Assembly: GCF_009914755.1 (NCBI RefSeq)
Contig: NC_060944.1
Strand: one strand, 5' to 3'
DNA length: 64,000 bases
Source: the human T2T-CHM13v2.0 reference genome, Homo sapiens
Below are positions 30,181-57,289 of the stretch, piece after piece. Made by a program: the position numbers and the translations under genes. Positions within the stretch are counted from its first letter, which is position 1, and every line of letters starts with the position of its first letter. Under the pieces are notes generated by a model. The model was given only the letters and a program-made list of their open reading frames with translations, was not told the origin of the DNA and did no database searches.

Positions 30181-30223
30181 GGGCAATGGGGAGAAGCTCT
30201 GGGCAATGGGGAGAAGCTCTGGG
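30181..30223. repeat. Perfect 20-bp tandem duplication
   Basis: gggcaatggggagaagctct x2. Confidence 0.9.
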
Positions 30224-30452
30224 TGACTGCCCATAGGAGTCATGGGGGACAGAGGTATCCTCCCCTGAGGAGTAAGGATAAGCATGTAATAAGCTATGCT
30301 GTACACATGCTTTGTGAGAACAAGGTCACATGTGATGAATTGGGCTGTAAGAAGGTACAGTCCATGACAGGGGACATAAAAAATTAAGTGCCCAACACCA
30401 TAATGGAATCCACATCCTTGAGTTAATTAGCTTAGTTACGTAATACTCTAAA

Positions 30453-30770
30453 CCAATGTTATCCAATAGAAATATAACAGGAGACACACAAGTAATTTTG
30501 AATTTTCTGGCAAGGCCATCTTTAAAAGGAAAAAGAAACAGATTATATTAACCTTACTAGTTTATATTTACCCACCATATCCAAAATATTATCATTTTAA
30601 CATGGAATCAATATAAAAGTAATAAAATATTTTACATTCTATTTTTGCAGTAAGTCTTTGGTCTGATGTGTATTTTATACTTACAGCACATTTCAATGTG
30701 GACTAGCTGCATTTCAAATGCTGATATCCATGTGTGACTAGTGGCTACCATATTGGACAACGCAGCTCTC
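30453..30770. mobile_element. hAT-Charlie MITE (MER33/MER3-like)
   Basis: tccaatagaa... at the start and gtggctaccatattggaca.cgcag at the end, consistent with inverted termini. Confidence 0.7.
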
Positions 30771-31273
30771 TCTAAGTAAATTGGCTGGCAGTTGCAAAAC
30801 GTTGAAAGGTCTAGGGCATCTCATGTATTCCTGCCAATATATCTAGGCTGCCACTTAGCACAGAAGTCCCAAATCTGTGACACCCCCCCCCCCATATTAT
30901 ATTCAGCTCACAGACATGTTTGGTTTAGCCTATAAAGTGTTTTATACATGTGACTGAGTTGCCAATATTAAAAGTAAGAAATATGTCTTTTGATTAGCTA
31001 GGGCACCTGGTGATATTTTGTATTATTGTGTTGTGAAGTAGGCCAAGGCGACGAGGAAGAGCCACCTTAATTGATGAGAGGAAGTCCAGGGAAACAATGA
31101 GAAAACGTTATCCAGAGAGAGGCAGTGGATGGGTGTCCCGACAGGAATAGATTTCAGCACCACGGACAGCAGTCACGCCAGTGCGGAGGGGGAGGGCAGA
31201 AGCGGGAAAGGCTGTCCGTTCTGACCGGAAGAAAGGGTGTGAAATTTACTAATACCTGGATTATCTCACACAG

Positions 31274-31700
31274 AATCAGCTTCTGCATCCTAGTCTCCTC
31301 CCTGGAATGTCCTCCACACTCCAGGACACCACCTGCGTAGATCGTGTTGATTATTCAGCTGATGCCTGGAATTGCATGACCCACCCTGGACCAAAAGAGC
31401 CCCTGCTTCTCCGGGTATGGAGGTTATTTCCCTGTAAATCCTCACCAGAACCCATGTGCTGATTCCCTGTAATCTTCCCACAATAAATTTTTAGCAGCTC
31501 TGAACTGCAAACTGTCCAGCTTCCACAGCGCCATGTGGATGGGGGCAACGTGGCCAGAGATGATGGTGGGTCTGGTCATGATAACAAAAGTATGAAAAGC
31601 AGGGGAGGATACTTGGGTTGATTTATCCATTATCTCATAAACATCTGAACACTCTGGTATGATGTTTCCCAAAGGCTAATTAAAATTTTAAAAAGGTTTC
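31274..31700 (+). other. BPIFA4P: Probable BPIFA4P terminal non-coding exon
   Basis: Exon 8 has a donor at 29016 and needs a terminal exon. Candidate acceptor cacacag| at 31273, with AATAAA at 31482-31487 and ATTAAA at 31679-31684. Confidence 0.5.
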
Positions 31701-31725
31701 CTGTCTTGTCTGGGATGTTTTCTGA

Positions 31726-32253
<528 letters not shown>

Positions 32254-34308
32254 ATCATTTTTTTTTTCTTTTCTTTTTCTTTCTTTTTTTTTTTTTTTTT
32301 TTTTACAATATGGCTTCCTTCTCCAAAGTATTATTCTAATTTAATTCTCATGATAAACCTAGGAAGTAACTGTTGTTTTCCCTTGAATAAGTGAGAAAAC
32401 TGAGGCTCAAAGAGGTGCAGTGATGTGTGCAAGCTGCACCTCTAAGAATGAGAGAGTCAGGACTCAAACTTACGTCTGCCTTAGAATGAAAGTCTGGGTC
32501 CTCACTGGGCCTGTGGGCACACTGTTTGTGTCCATATGCATGTTCCTGACCCCGTCCCCACCACTCTCCCCTTGTCTCACTTGCTCTGGTCACACTGGCT
32601 TTCTTGTGCTGCCTCCTCAGCTTGTTCCAACCTCAGGGCTGAACACTGGGCTGGATTTTTATCTGTCCTGTTCACTGCTTGGCACATGGAGGGGCTTAGT
32701 GAAACCTGCCAACTCCCTGATAAAGGCTCCCTCCTGGGAGCTGCCACACACTGCACAATAGCATGGAGAATGTCACCCTCAGAGTCACACAATCCCTCTC
32801 CCAAAGACAGCTCCCCAATTCCCAGAGGATCCGGGTGAAGAAATTTAGTGCTGCAGCTATCTCCAGCAACCACGAGAATTTAGGATCAGGTAAAGCAAAA
32901 TGAGCAAATATGGGGTGACATGTGTTGGAGAAAATTACTAAAAGGGGGATTGGGATCCAAAAGCAGAAAATGGAAGAAGAGAGAAAGCAAGTTTGGTCCC
33001 TTTGAGAAACGCAGCAGGAAGCAGAAGAGAAGCCAAGTTGGCTGAAGAATAAAATTAATGATCAAACAGGTTGAATGTGCATTTTTAAAAGAAGGACCCA
33101 TGCCGGTTTCCTCTTCCTACTGGCTGACATTTAAGGGCAGGTGAGGCTGTGCCTGGCTGGTTATCCTTAATGACCTGCCTTGCTCCTTTCCTCCTGAGAA
33201 CACTCCTGCTATGTAAGCCCCGGGACTTGACAGGTTGGTTCCTGCCCCCTTGTGGTCCAGAGTGTTCATGGTTATGGTGAGACCTGCAGTCTTCAGTCTA
33301 TCTGGTGGTTCAACTCACTGAAAATGTTGGTATTTGCCATGTGTGTTCCACGGAATCTTATTGGCCTCTGTAGTATATAAGAGGAAATGCAGCCGGACAG
33401 AACAAGCTTGCAGACCCCTGCGAGGGAAGGTTAAGGGCTGTAAGTGAATTTATCCAGAAACAAGGTAGAGCCTATCAGAGCCAGGCAGCCCAAGTTCAAA
33501 TCCTAGCTCCACATTATCAGCTGTGTGTCCTTAGACAAGTGTCTCCAGAGTCAGGGCTCAACATCCATCTGCCCTTATTATTCTTCCTGCCTCTCCTTGC
33601 AATGCTTGTGCCTGGGGGAATGGGGGCTGAGGATCATGTTGGGCAGCAGAATGGGGTGTGGGATGAAGCAGTTGGTGGGGAATGAGCAACAGCTCCTCTG
33701 AGCTCCCTTCTGCAGGCCAGGCTACCTGGTTCCCATCTGAGCCCCACCCCTCCCCAGCTGGGTGGATTTGGGGATTTTACTTAACATTTCTGTGCCTCTG
33801 CAAAAGGAGGCCAATAATAACAGTGCCTACTGCAAAGGGTTGTGTTGAGAATTCAATAAGTCATTACAGGTAAAGCACTTAGCTTGCCCCTGGAGCTCAG
33901 TCAGCACTCAATAACTGTTAGCTGGTATCACTGTTATTATTTCAGCTAAGTGATCTTCACACACCGTGTGCATCAGAATTGTCCAGAAGCTTATTCCCAG
34001 GATCCCCCTCAGAGAGCCTGACTCAATTCATCAGAGGTGACCTAAGAATCTGCATTTTTACAAGTCCCATCTCTCCCTCCAAAATTCGGTGATGCTCCCC
34101 TGGAAATTCCAGCATTTCCATTTTCCCTTTGCCCTCTCCAGGCTACCCTCAGAACCCAGAAAAGGTCAACTCTTCCTTTGTGAAACCCAATATGCCATTC
34201 AGAAACGGTCCCCACTCTCTCTTCCCCTGCCATTTTAAGGAAATTCGCCTTTGGATTAAGGTTCCAGCCCCTAGTTCTGTACAGTTGTTAGGCATATGTA
34301 TGTTAAAC

Positions 34309-34400
34309 ACATATATATGTGTGTGTGTGTGTGTGTATATATATATACATATACATATATATGTGTGTGTGTATATATATATATCTTTTATATATATATA
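34309..34400. repeat. Compound (TA)n/(TG)n microsatellite
   Basis: Seen directly in the sequence. Confidence 0.9.
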
Positions 34401-37400
34401 AAAGAATGGAATGAATGAATGACTAGATGAATAATGAATTCCATTCCTTAGAAGAGTAACTCTCAAAGTATGGACTGAACCCCCTGCATCATCTCTCTAG
34501 GGTGTTCATTCCAAAGGCAGCTCCCAGCACCTCCCCCCAGCCCCCACTAAATCAGATTCAGGAATCTGCATTTAATGCTTCTGCCTCCTCTGCTGTTCCC
34601 TGGAGTTTGGGGACCTCTGCCTTTTGCTAGGGACCTGGAATTTCCTTAGAGCCCCAAGGAGGGGAAGTGGCCACCCCAATTGGCCGTTAGAGATCACAGG
34701 TGTGCATAAGCCTGCTTGGCCCGGAGTTCTGCCAAGGGAGGTTCCTGCCTCCTTGTCCCACTGGACAGCTCTTCCTGCAGCCAGGGATGTGAGACAGGCC
34801 CTCTCCCTGGGCACATGGGTACAGACTTCTCACCCCATAGACAGCCACTACTGTCTTCCTTTCTTCCTCCAACCTGCCGAGCTCTTTCCCACCTGAGGGC
34901 CTTTGCCCTCATGGTTCCCTCTGCCTGGCTCCCCTTCCACATTTTTATACTCAAGCCTGGCTCCATCTCCTCCTCTCCTCCTGGGCTCTGCTCAAATGTC
35001 GCCTGAGACCTTCCCTAATCCTGGTCTAATGTGGCCTCCTTGCTATTTCCAATCTTACAGTAAGCTTTTTCCCCTTAATACAATTTATGGTTATTTGGTT
35101 TCTTGTTTATTTCACCTTGTTCTGATTCCCTCACCAGATGATAAGCTGCTGGGGAATAGGGTGACTGTTATTCCCTAGAGTCAAGCACAGTGCCTGGCAC
35201 ACAGTTGGCCCACAGTAAATAATGGTTGGGTGGATGGATAAATGAATTTTTTTCAAAGTCAAACTCCTTGAAAGCCAGTTTCCCAGGAGAGCAAGGGTTT
35301 TACCATTGAACCCATGGGCATGCCTTAAGAGGTCCATGGCAATCCTGGTACTGTGTGCAACATTGTTTGGCTTGGTGAGTTTTTTTTTTCCTAAAAGACA
35401 AACCAAAGCTTCCAGTGCATTTTCAAAATGTCCCCCAAGAAGGTAAAGAAGCTTGTTTTAAGGAAAGCTATTTGGAATAGTGAAGGAGGCTGCTAATGTG
35501 TGAGGCTCAGTGGTGTTCCACAGCGCCAGTGTCCAAGGAAAACAGTGTCTGAGGCAGTTCTGGGGAAGGCAAGACAGCCCACTGGGATGCCAGCTCAGCC
35601 TCTTCCTGGCTGGGAGCTTAGGCAGCCGCTGGGTTTCTCTGGGTCCCTGTCTCCTCACCTTTGTGGGATGAGGACGGAATGAGATAGACCACAGAGCAGG
35701 CTTCACACAGGGAACGGGTCCCAACGGAGAAACGCCAGCCCCGCCAGCCTCCAAGTATTTGCTCATTAAGGAGCTGTCCTCAATCCACCACCATCCTTCC
35801 TGAGAGCACCAGCGTGGCGTGCCCAGCCACCCTGGGTTTTTTCCTTGAATGTCAGCTAAAGAAACTCCACCTCCTCAGGGAGGTCTTTTTCCTGACATCC
35901 CTTTTCCCCCATTGGCCAGGTATCCCCTCCCTGTGCCCTCTCACAGTACCTCCCACCTCCTTCACCTCTGGGCCATATTTCATAATCATATGCTCAGTTG
36001 CAGGGATAATTGAAGACTGTGTGTCTCCCCACTGGTATGTGAGCTCCATGAGGACAAGGACCCTGCCTGACCACTCTCTGTGGGATCCCCAGAGCCCACG
36101 GCTCCTGACACTCAGTGTTCATTGATTTTAGTGGTTTTATTCATTGAATGAATGACAGCAAAGCCCACCATCTGAACAGCCACGCGCAAGCTCACTCCAG
36201 GACCATCACACCCTCACTGCCATCTCAGCCTCTCTATCATTCCTGCTTGCCTTCTGGAGTTGCATTTCATTCGTGAAAGTACTTGATAGAGGTGGCTCCT
36301 GCATTCATTGCACACGTGTCCCAGGAACCATCTTGGGATTCTCATGCTCCATGTCACTGACTCCATCAGCTTCCCTGGTTTACAGGTGAGGAAGGCTCAG
36401 AGGCGTAAGGACAAGGAGGAGGATCATCATAATAACATGGTTTTGGAGGACTGGCCCAAGCATGATTCGCTTTAATCCTCACTATAGCTCTGAGGTCTGC
36501 ACTGTGATCCTTTTACAGACCTGGGAGCTGAGTCTGCCAAGAGACAGAGTCAGCAGTTGAACCCCGGTCTGCGTGACCCTAAAGCACATACTCTGGACTG
36601 CATGTGATCCTGCACCGAGTTGGCTTCAAATCCAGTCCCCAGCCCCTGAGCAGGGCCCTCTCATCCCTCCAAATCTGCTCTCTCTTGTCATGCATCAAGC
36701 TCTGAAAATCTATACCCTCCATGCTGTCCTTTCATTAGGCTCTGTGGCCCTGAGAACCACAGCCTGTGATGAGGTAGGACCAACAGCTCCTGCCCCATGT
36801 TAAGATGTCCAAAGAGCCAAGGACAACAGATTTGTTCCTCCCGACAATGCCCACTCTTCTCTGTTTTCTTGACAATAAATAACAAAATTCCAACCACTTA
36901 CATAAGACCAGGAAGGCTAGAAAAATACATTTTGAAGTAAGTGATATTCTACAAACATCCCCAAGGGGAGCATGAACTCTGAGAAAGGACCTCAAACAGG
37001 GAAAGCCAACACCCTGAACCAAGGCTTTCTCAGTACAATCTCTTACAAAACCAGAGTGAATTGCCCAAGAATAGCCCCAAGGCTTCTGTGAAATTTGCAA
37101 AGGACGTTCCCATCCCTCATCCACATGGGACCCTCTATGTCGCCCGTAGTATGGGGAAACAGCACAGGGACAGTGACAAACGCCTTTGTCTCAGAGCTCA
37201 CAGCAATGGCAAGGTGGGGCCCAGACATCCGAGACCTGTGCTGCTGCAGTGGAGTGGGGAAGAGAGAGCTGCAGGCAGTGCGGTCCAAGAGGATGCAGGG
37301 ACCCTCCTGGGCCTGGGAGGTGTTGCATGGAATGTGGCTTTTGCTCTGTGTGCAGTAGGAAATGCTGGAGGGTTTTGAGCAGAGGAGTGGCATGGTGGTC

Positions 37401-37410
37401 TACCTTACAT

Positions 37411-37714
37411 CTTTTTTTTTTTTTTTTTTTTGAGTTGGAGTCTTGCTCTGTTGCCAGGCTAGAGTGCAGTGTAGTGTGATCTCAGCTCACTGCAACCTCT
37501 GCCTCCTGGGTTCAAGTGATTCTGCTGCCTCAGCCTCACAAGTAGCTGGGACTACAGGCATGTGCCACCACACCCAGCTAATTTTTTGTATTTTTAGTAG
37601 AGACGGGGTTTCACCATGTTGGCCAGGCTGGTCTTGAACTCCTGACCTCATGATACGCCTGCTTCGGCCTCCCAAAGTGCTGGGATTACAGGCATGAGCC
37701 ACCGCACCCGGCCT
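37411..37714 (-). mobile_element. Alu
   Basis: Antisense dimer. TSD taccttacatctt. Confidence 0.93.
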
Positions 37715-38753
37715 ACCTTACATCTTAAAATGACTGTTCAGGCTGCTGTGTGGAAGAGATTGTGGGTGGGCACAGTTAAAAGCTGGGAAACCAGCCGGGA
37801 CCCACTGGCAATAATTCAGATCAAGCTGATGGTGGCTGAGGAGTAGTTGTTATATGTGGTCATGTTCTGGAAGTGTCAGCAGGATCTCCTGACAGATGGG
37901 TTGTGGGAGATGGGAAAAGGGGAGGAAAGGGCAGCTCCACCGGCTGGGAGTAGAACAACTAGATGGACTTGGCACCATTTCCTAAGAGTGAGGACAGGGG
38001 ACTTAAACTGAATTCTCTCTGAATCCCAACCCCAGGGCTCCAAGGTCAACCTGATGCTTTGGCTTCAAGAGTCTGTAATTCTTATCCAGAAAGATAAGAT
38101 CCATCCATCCAGTTATTCATTCATTTGTAGCATTAACAAACATTCACCAGTACTTACCATGTGGCAAACATGGGAGGCACTGTAGACATGAGGATTAATT
38201 AGACTCATACCCTGCCCTCAAGAAACTCATAATTCAGAGGAGATTCAGAGATCAACCATCTCCACTCATCAATTCAGTCGTTTGGTCACTCAACAAACAT
38301 TCATTAACACTCAATTTCTGACAAGCAAGTATCGTGGTAGGGATTGAAGTGGTTGGTCATGCCCTTAAGAAAGTCCTAACCCAATTGGAGAGCCTGGGGT
38401 TAGCCATCCTCACTCAAATGTATTCATTCATTGGTTCACTAAAGAGTCACTAACATCCAGCCTGTGCCAGGGTCTGGGAGAGGACTCCTGTTGGATGACC
38501 CAACAATAGACTCTGGTGAGTGTCTCCAAGCAACAAGGCCTCCCTCTGGAGCCCTGGCCTCCTCCCAGGGTTCCACATGTTGCTCTCCCAATGTGAGCAA
38601 GCCCTGGTGGCAGCGCCAGGGTCCAGTGCAGCCCCTCCCCACAGCATGCTGGGGGCTAATTCTGATGTCATCTTTCTGCAGAAAACCATTAGACCATCCC
38701 TCCAGACTGCCACCCTCAAAGCCGTCTGCCCAGGCCCCATCTGACACTCTTGA

Positions 38754-48856
<10,103 letters not shown>

Positions 48857-49519
48857 CTTCTGCTGATCAGAAGGAAAGTCCACATCTTGCAACCTTAAGT
48901 CTCCCTTAGAGTGGGGCTTCTGCTACCCTAAAAACTTTACCCCAGGCTCTGTGGACATACCATCCTCTCCTACAATAAACTCTAGCTCTGAAGGGTGCAC
49001 AGGTCCCTCCCACCTGGGCCCTGGGGTTTAGGTCTAGAAGTCAGACCTGATGAAGTATCCTCCTGAGAACAAATATCCCTATGGTTGCTCATCAGCCCAG
49101 AAATACCAGGACAAAAAAAAAAAAAAATGCAGGGAGGGGCCTGTTGAGATTTCTCATTCTTTCATTCTTTCATTCCATATTTATTGGGCACCTAATATGT
49201 GTCAAGAATACTCCTGGGCTCCAAGAGGGTGTAGAGAAAGGGTGAGAGAGTGGAAAAGTGAAACCATGGGCACAAACACATCTGAGCTCACCTTCAATTC
49301 AGCTCAACTGGCAGTTCCATGAGGGTGTAGGTGCCATGCAGCATGGTGACGCATGAATCCCAGCCCCAGCATACAGCTGGCACAGAGTGAGTGCTCAGTA
49401 AATATTTGTGGCTCAATGAGTGGATGGATTCTAGTCTTAGGATCCACTAGCTGCATTTGAGACAAAGCTTGTTATCTTTCGGTCTTCATCATTTGCAAAA
49501 TGGAATAGAAATCTTGCAA

Positions 49520-50160
49520 GATGTGGAGCAACAGAAGCCATCCCATGCTGCTGGTGGGAGATAAATTCTACCACCACTTTATAAAGCATCTCCTAGAGTT
49601 AAACATGGGCTTACTTTACAACTCAGCAATTCCACTACCTAGTGTATTCTCAACAAAAATACATGCACGTGTGGAGCAAAAGGCAAGGAAGCTCATAGCA
49701 GCAATGTTCGTCATAACCCCAAACTCAACATCCTCCCATGCCCATCAAAAGAATGAATAAATAGAATGGGCAGATATCTTGTGGGATGGGCACCCACTGG
49801 AATCTCTATAGTGATGGAAATGACCTACAATTGCACACAGCACGTGGATGAATCTCATAAACAGAATGTTACATGAAAGAAGCCATACACAAAAGGGCAT
49901 GTGTTGCATCTCCCATTTATGTGAGTCCAAAAACAGCAAAACTAATCCGTGCCGCCAGAGATAAGATAGTGGTTACCTTGGAGCAAGGGTTAGATGCTAG
50001 GAGGGCATTGAAGGGGGCTTCTGGAGAGCTGATAGCATTCTGTTTCCTGATCTAGGTGCTGGGTATGGGAAGGGATGTTTGGTTTCTGAAAACTCATTGA
50101 GCTATTTACCTATACACATTTTTCTTATGTGTAATGTACTTTAACAATTTTGACAATAAA
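49520..50160 (+). mobile_element. Old L1 3'-end fragment
   Basis: cagcaattccact.cctagtgtat, atagcagcaatgttc.tcataac and atgaatctcataaac motifs. Confidence 0.7.
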
Positions 50161-50166
50161 AGTATT

Positions 50167-50873
<707 letters not shown>

Positions 50874-52092
50874 GTCAATTAATCCATTGTTAATGATTTG
50901 ACTCTTGACTATTCAATTATTAAATATGGATTCCCACTCTCCTCCAACCAAGAGTTGAAAAAGCAACCTGAGAAATCAAGGGAAAATAACACACACATAT
51001 TAATCACAGTAGCACACATTAAGCACTTGTTATATACAGAGATTCTTGGTGCTCAGAGCTTACATCCAGCATCTTATCAATGCCTCCCAGCAACCCCACC
51101 AGATACAAAATTTCAGCTCACTTTATGCATGAGAAGCCTGAGGCTCGGAGAAATAAAGTCACTTGTCTAAGGTCACACAGTAAGGAAATGGCCACAATGA
51201 CTGCACTCAGGCAGCCAGCTCTAGAGCCCACACTCTAAACCACTGTGAATCCTCCTTCCTTCCTTCCAACACCCCTCACCCCACCACACACACACACATG
51301 CACACACGCAAGCGGGGGCTGATGAAATATGTGTTCAGTGGGACTGACAAGCTCAAATAAGGAAATGTCAACAGCTCAGAGATGAGAATAGGGCAGGAGA
51401 ATCTCGCTTCTCTGTCTTTCAATTCAAGCTCCCTAATCCGGAATGCTTCATCAGGGATTTGCAACCCTAAACGCTAGTGTTCTCCTTGCCAGCTGTGAGC
51501 TTGTGGGGTTCTTCCTGCTCATGATTCAAAGAGCAAACACAGGAGGGCCAGGCCTGGTCCCCAACAAGGCTACCTGGTTCACTGGTGAAGGCAGCTTTTG
51601 TCTGCCTTCCTCCTGACTCTTCCTGGGCTGGCGCAGGGCTTCCTGTAGGGACCTCCTTGGGTTTCTGACATTCTGTTTTCATTTTAAGGTTCATGGAGCA
51701 TGGACTCATTACATTTCCTCCCAGAAGGGCTTGTTGGACAATGGACCTCTATTAGGATACTGGGGTTCACACTGGGGGATGGTTTAAGGCCCAAATGCAG
51801 CCCCAAATGTTCAGAACCTCAGTCCTGGCTCTGCCCCTCTGAGCTTTATAACTTCCATGCCCTCCCACTACTGGGCACTGACTCTGTGCCAGGTATTGGG
51901 CTGGGAGCTACATGTGTTTCCCCAAATTGTAGCCCTCCTGCAGCCCTAGGAGGTGGATGTCCTTAGCTCCATGACATAAGCAAGGACACTGAGGCTCAAA
52001 GAGGGGGTGCAACAAAGCATTTCTAGAGATCTGTCATACCACATCGTGCCTACAGTTAACAATGCTGTATTGTACACTTAAAACTCTGTTAA

Positions 52093-52894
<802 letters not shown>

Positions 52895-53428
52895 AAGGGG
52901 GTTGGCAGGGGAAGCGCTCCACCAACGGGAGGGCTCCAGGGAAGATGGGCAGGTGCTTTCTGAACTGAAAACTGTGATGCAAACTTGCACTTGAAGTAAG
53001 AGCACTGAAGCCCCAGATGACAGTCTGACTTCACCTCTTCCCAGCTGAGATGACCCTGGGCAGGTCACAGCCCTCCTTGAGCCTCAGTTTCCCCACAGGC
53101 TTGTTACAGGTGGCATAAAGCTCTAGTGTCTCACAAAAGGTTGTTTATCATTAGTAGTAGTATTTTTTTTTTTGCACTTTAAAAGCAAGTGCAAAGATTA
53201 ATCTCAAAAGCAAGGGGAGCTTGCCTGAAGCAAACCCTACTTGAGAATATATATTTTTTTCATCTAAGTTGGGGTTTCTGGCTCTCTGGGAATGCTCTGG
53301 AGCTTCCAAGGCCATCTGAAGACCCTCTGCAACTCAGTCCCCACGCTGACCTTTCTCCTGGGGAGGAGATCCTGCATCCCATTCTCACATTCTGGAGAAC
53401 AGACCTTGCATAGGTCAGAGCCCTTTGA

Positions 53429-53765
<337 letters not shown>

Positions 53766-55976
53766 GAAATGGATCTCTTGATTGACAAAACAACCTGAGC
53801 AAAGGCTCCCAAACACAATTGCAACCTGAGAAGCAGGAAGGAAAGGCACCACCTACAGTTTCTGAGAAACACATGGAGAGGGTATTGACATCACCAGAGT
53901 GGGGAAAACCTCTTGAAATGTTCGTGGTGTGTCCTTCCACTTGTTTCCTGGTGCCCTGAGACCTTTCCCCTGTTCAGGGCAGGGAGCATGCAGTCCCTGT
54001 GGCCACAAGGAAGGGCAGTTTCAACAGAAGCAGAAACAAGGCTCTTGACTTTCAAGAGCCTGGGTTTTTGATAAAGTGGTAGTGACAGAGAACAAACAGG
54101 TGGTTGCCAGCAGATGAAGGCAGGGTGTGGCTGTAAAGGGACCCATGAGAGTGCCTTTGGGGGGATGGAACTGTTCTTTACCCTGATTATGATGGTGGCT
54201 GACTATACATGTGGTAAGACTCAAAGGACCATACCACTAAAAGAAGTCAATTTTACTGTAAGTTTTTTTGTTTTTATAGTCTTGGCTTTTGACTTGTTAA
54301 ACTCAGGGCATAGGAGAGTCTGAGAACAGCATACACACAATGAAGTTGAAGCAAATCTTCCTGCCCACAAAACTAGAAAATGCCCTATGTTGGGTTGGTG
54401 AAGTGTGAGGGTCCAGGAGAACTGGAAGGAGCATAGTTCTGGTGGGTTCTGATGGTGCCTCCGTCCCTTGCTGCTCCCAGGCAGACCTGAGCATGGGATG
54501 AAGGGAACAGAATCCCAGGCACATGTATGGGATCCAGGGACAGAGGGCGTCTGTGTCCACACTCCCTCCCAGAGCCAGAAGAGGGCATGAGACCCCAGGG
54601 AGAGAAGGGTAAAGGGAGGGTCTAGGTGGATCCAGGCAGGAGGGCTTGGGCAGCCCCTCACAGTCCTGTATCAGGCCCAAGGAACTGGCGAACAGCAGAA
54701 CAATTCTGTGTCTTACAAACGAGTTGAAAGTAAATGCTAAATCCAAAGGGACCTTTCACCAGGAGGGAAGTACAGTGTCTCTGCAATCTAGGGGCAGATG
54801 GCACATGGCTGTCTCCTATATTGCCAGCCAAAAATAGGGACAGGCAGCCTCCTTGGTACAAACAAAGCCCCTAGCACAGACATGAAACCCCAGGGGGAAA
54901 TTGGGACATTTCTGTTCCTGAGCAAAATGGCATTTGAAATGGTAAAGTATAGATAAATCAGAAAGATGTGTGGACACCTGAGTTTATGAACTGTGATTCA
55001 TACCAGCTCCCCAGACATCATCTCCCCATAGCCCTGTGAGGCAGATTTTATGCTCCCCATTTTACAGGTGAGGAAACTGAATGAAGTTCAGGGAACTGGA
55101 CTGACTTGCCCAGGGTCGTAGGATTTGAACCAGGGCTGTTTGAGCCCAAATTCACCCACTTTCTGCTGCAATACAGACACAGCCTCCCGGCCTCAAACCA
55201 GACGGTGTAAGCTTTCATTAACTGGCTGCACAAACTCTACTAATTCCTTGCCTTATCTGCCTCAGTTTCCCCACAAGGATAGTAGCAACCTGACCCAACC
55301 CACAAGAGTTATACGATGGGACCACTGTGAGGATGATTGCCATGTACAAGATGTGGGCAGAGTCCAGCAAGTACCTTGAATGGATAATTAAGTTCAAAGC
55401 CATGGCCCCAAACCCTTGGGGGCACCACCCAGACTCTGGAGAGCAGTGGAGCAGGCCAGTGAAGGCCTAGTGTGAGGGAGGCAGTGTGGCCCACTGATTA
55501 GCAGGGACTCAGACAGACACAGAGGGTGGCAGGGTCAATTGACTCCAACACTCACTCGCTGTGTGTCCCCAGGAAGCAGTCACCCTTTCTGATCCTCAGC
55601 CTACTCATCCAATGTATGAGAGACAACAATACCAACCACTCCTGAAGAAGATGAGGTTCAAATATGGAGAGCACCTGGCATGCAGTCAGTGCTTAATAAA
55701 AGCACATTTATTCCTTCTCTCTCCACTTTTGCTTATAAGGTGTTAGGTTTTGCAGGGTAAGAGCTGCGCTCACTGGTCCAGGACCTTGGCCTTCCTGTGT
55801 CTTCACTTTTTCATCTGCTGAACAGACTCCAAGGGCCCCAGTGGTGGGGATACATAAATGCCTGATTACTCCATTTAGGGAAAGGTAGAAGAAAGGGTAG
55901 GATAGAGACCAGGATGCCAAAGGATCCCTCAGGCCTGGGAACCTGGAAAGACTTTTCCAGGACCTAAAAGAGAAGC

Positions 55977-56280
<304 letters not shown>

Positions 56281-57204
56281 TAAGTGAAAATTTAAAAAAT
56301 AAAAAGGGACGCATGAAAGAGTAAAGTTCACAGGTGGGGAAATCAAAATGGCCAGCAAGTGTTGGGAGGCACCTTCATCTCTCAGTGCAGTGATTCGGGG
56401 AAAGGACCTGAATGTGGATGTCTCACCCCAGACAAGCACTGCATCTCTGGACAACTCGCCTCACACTCAGCCTCAGTTTCCCCCTTATAGAATAGGAGTA
56501 CAGGGTTGTGAGGATTTTGTGAGATGCTGCCTGTGAACACCATGGCAGGCCAGGCATACAGCAGGAGCTCGGCCAGTGTCTGCTGTTGGCGTTGTTTTTG
56601 TTGTTTTCATTCTCCAGTCAGTTGCATTCTAACTCTGCTGCATCCTCTCTGGGTCTTTCAGCACTTGTCCCCACTGGATCTCAGTTTCCTCCTCTATAAA
56701 AGAGGAGGAGTCACCTCTCCCTCTCAGGGTTCTTGTGAGGACAGAGAGCTCCTGACGTGCAATAGGGGCTCTGAAAACAGGAGACCCTTGCCCTGGAATG
56801 GAGACGCACCCCAGATGTAGGACGCAGTGTGACTCTTTTGACATTTTAGGAGAAAGAATCCTCCAACTGGAGCAAAAAAATTAGAGCAGGAGAGGAAAGG
56901 GGCCAAGAGATGAGACTGAGGTCCCTTCCTGGGCTCTGTCTGGCTGCTCCTTTCAATGCTCCAAGCTACCTTGGGAGCGTGGGTCCCCAACCTTGGCTCC
57001 GCTCAGGAAACCATAAAGTCTTGAGTAACATCCCATCTCAGGTTTTTCTCTGTTTATCTTGTCGACCAAATAGCTTAACTGTCTCACCTGCTAATGTGAT
57101 TGGCAATTATTTACTTTGGAGAGCCCTGAAAGACACTGTCAGATTGCAGAATTCTCAATTATCTAGAAACCCATCACCCAACACATGCTTCCTCGTCCCC
57201 ATAC

Positions 57205-57289
57205 TATAAAAGAGGCTGACTCCTCGGCAGAAGTGAGTGGGGGAGAGAGAGGAGACCAGGACAGCTGCTGAGACCTCTAAGAAGTCCAG
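57205..57289 (+). promoter_or_regulatory. BPIFA1: BPIFA1 TATA box and non-coding exon 1
   Basis: TATAAAA at 57205-57211 and donor ccag|gtaaga at 57289/57290. Upstream are a forkhead-like TGTTTAT (57051) and a C/EBP-like ATTGCAGAAT (57143). Confidence 0.85.
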
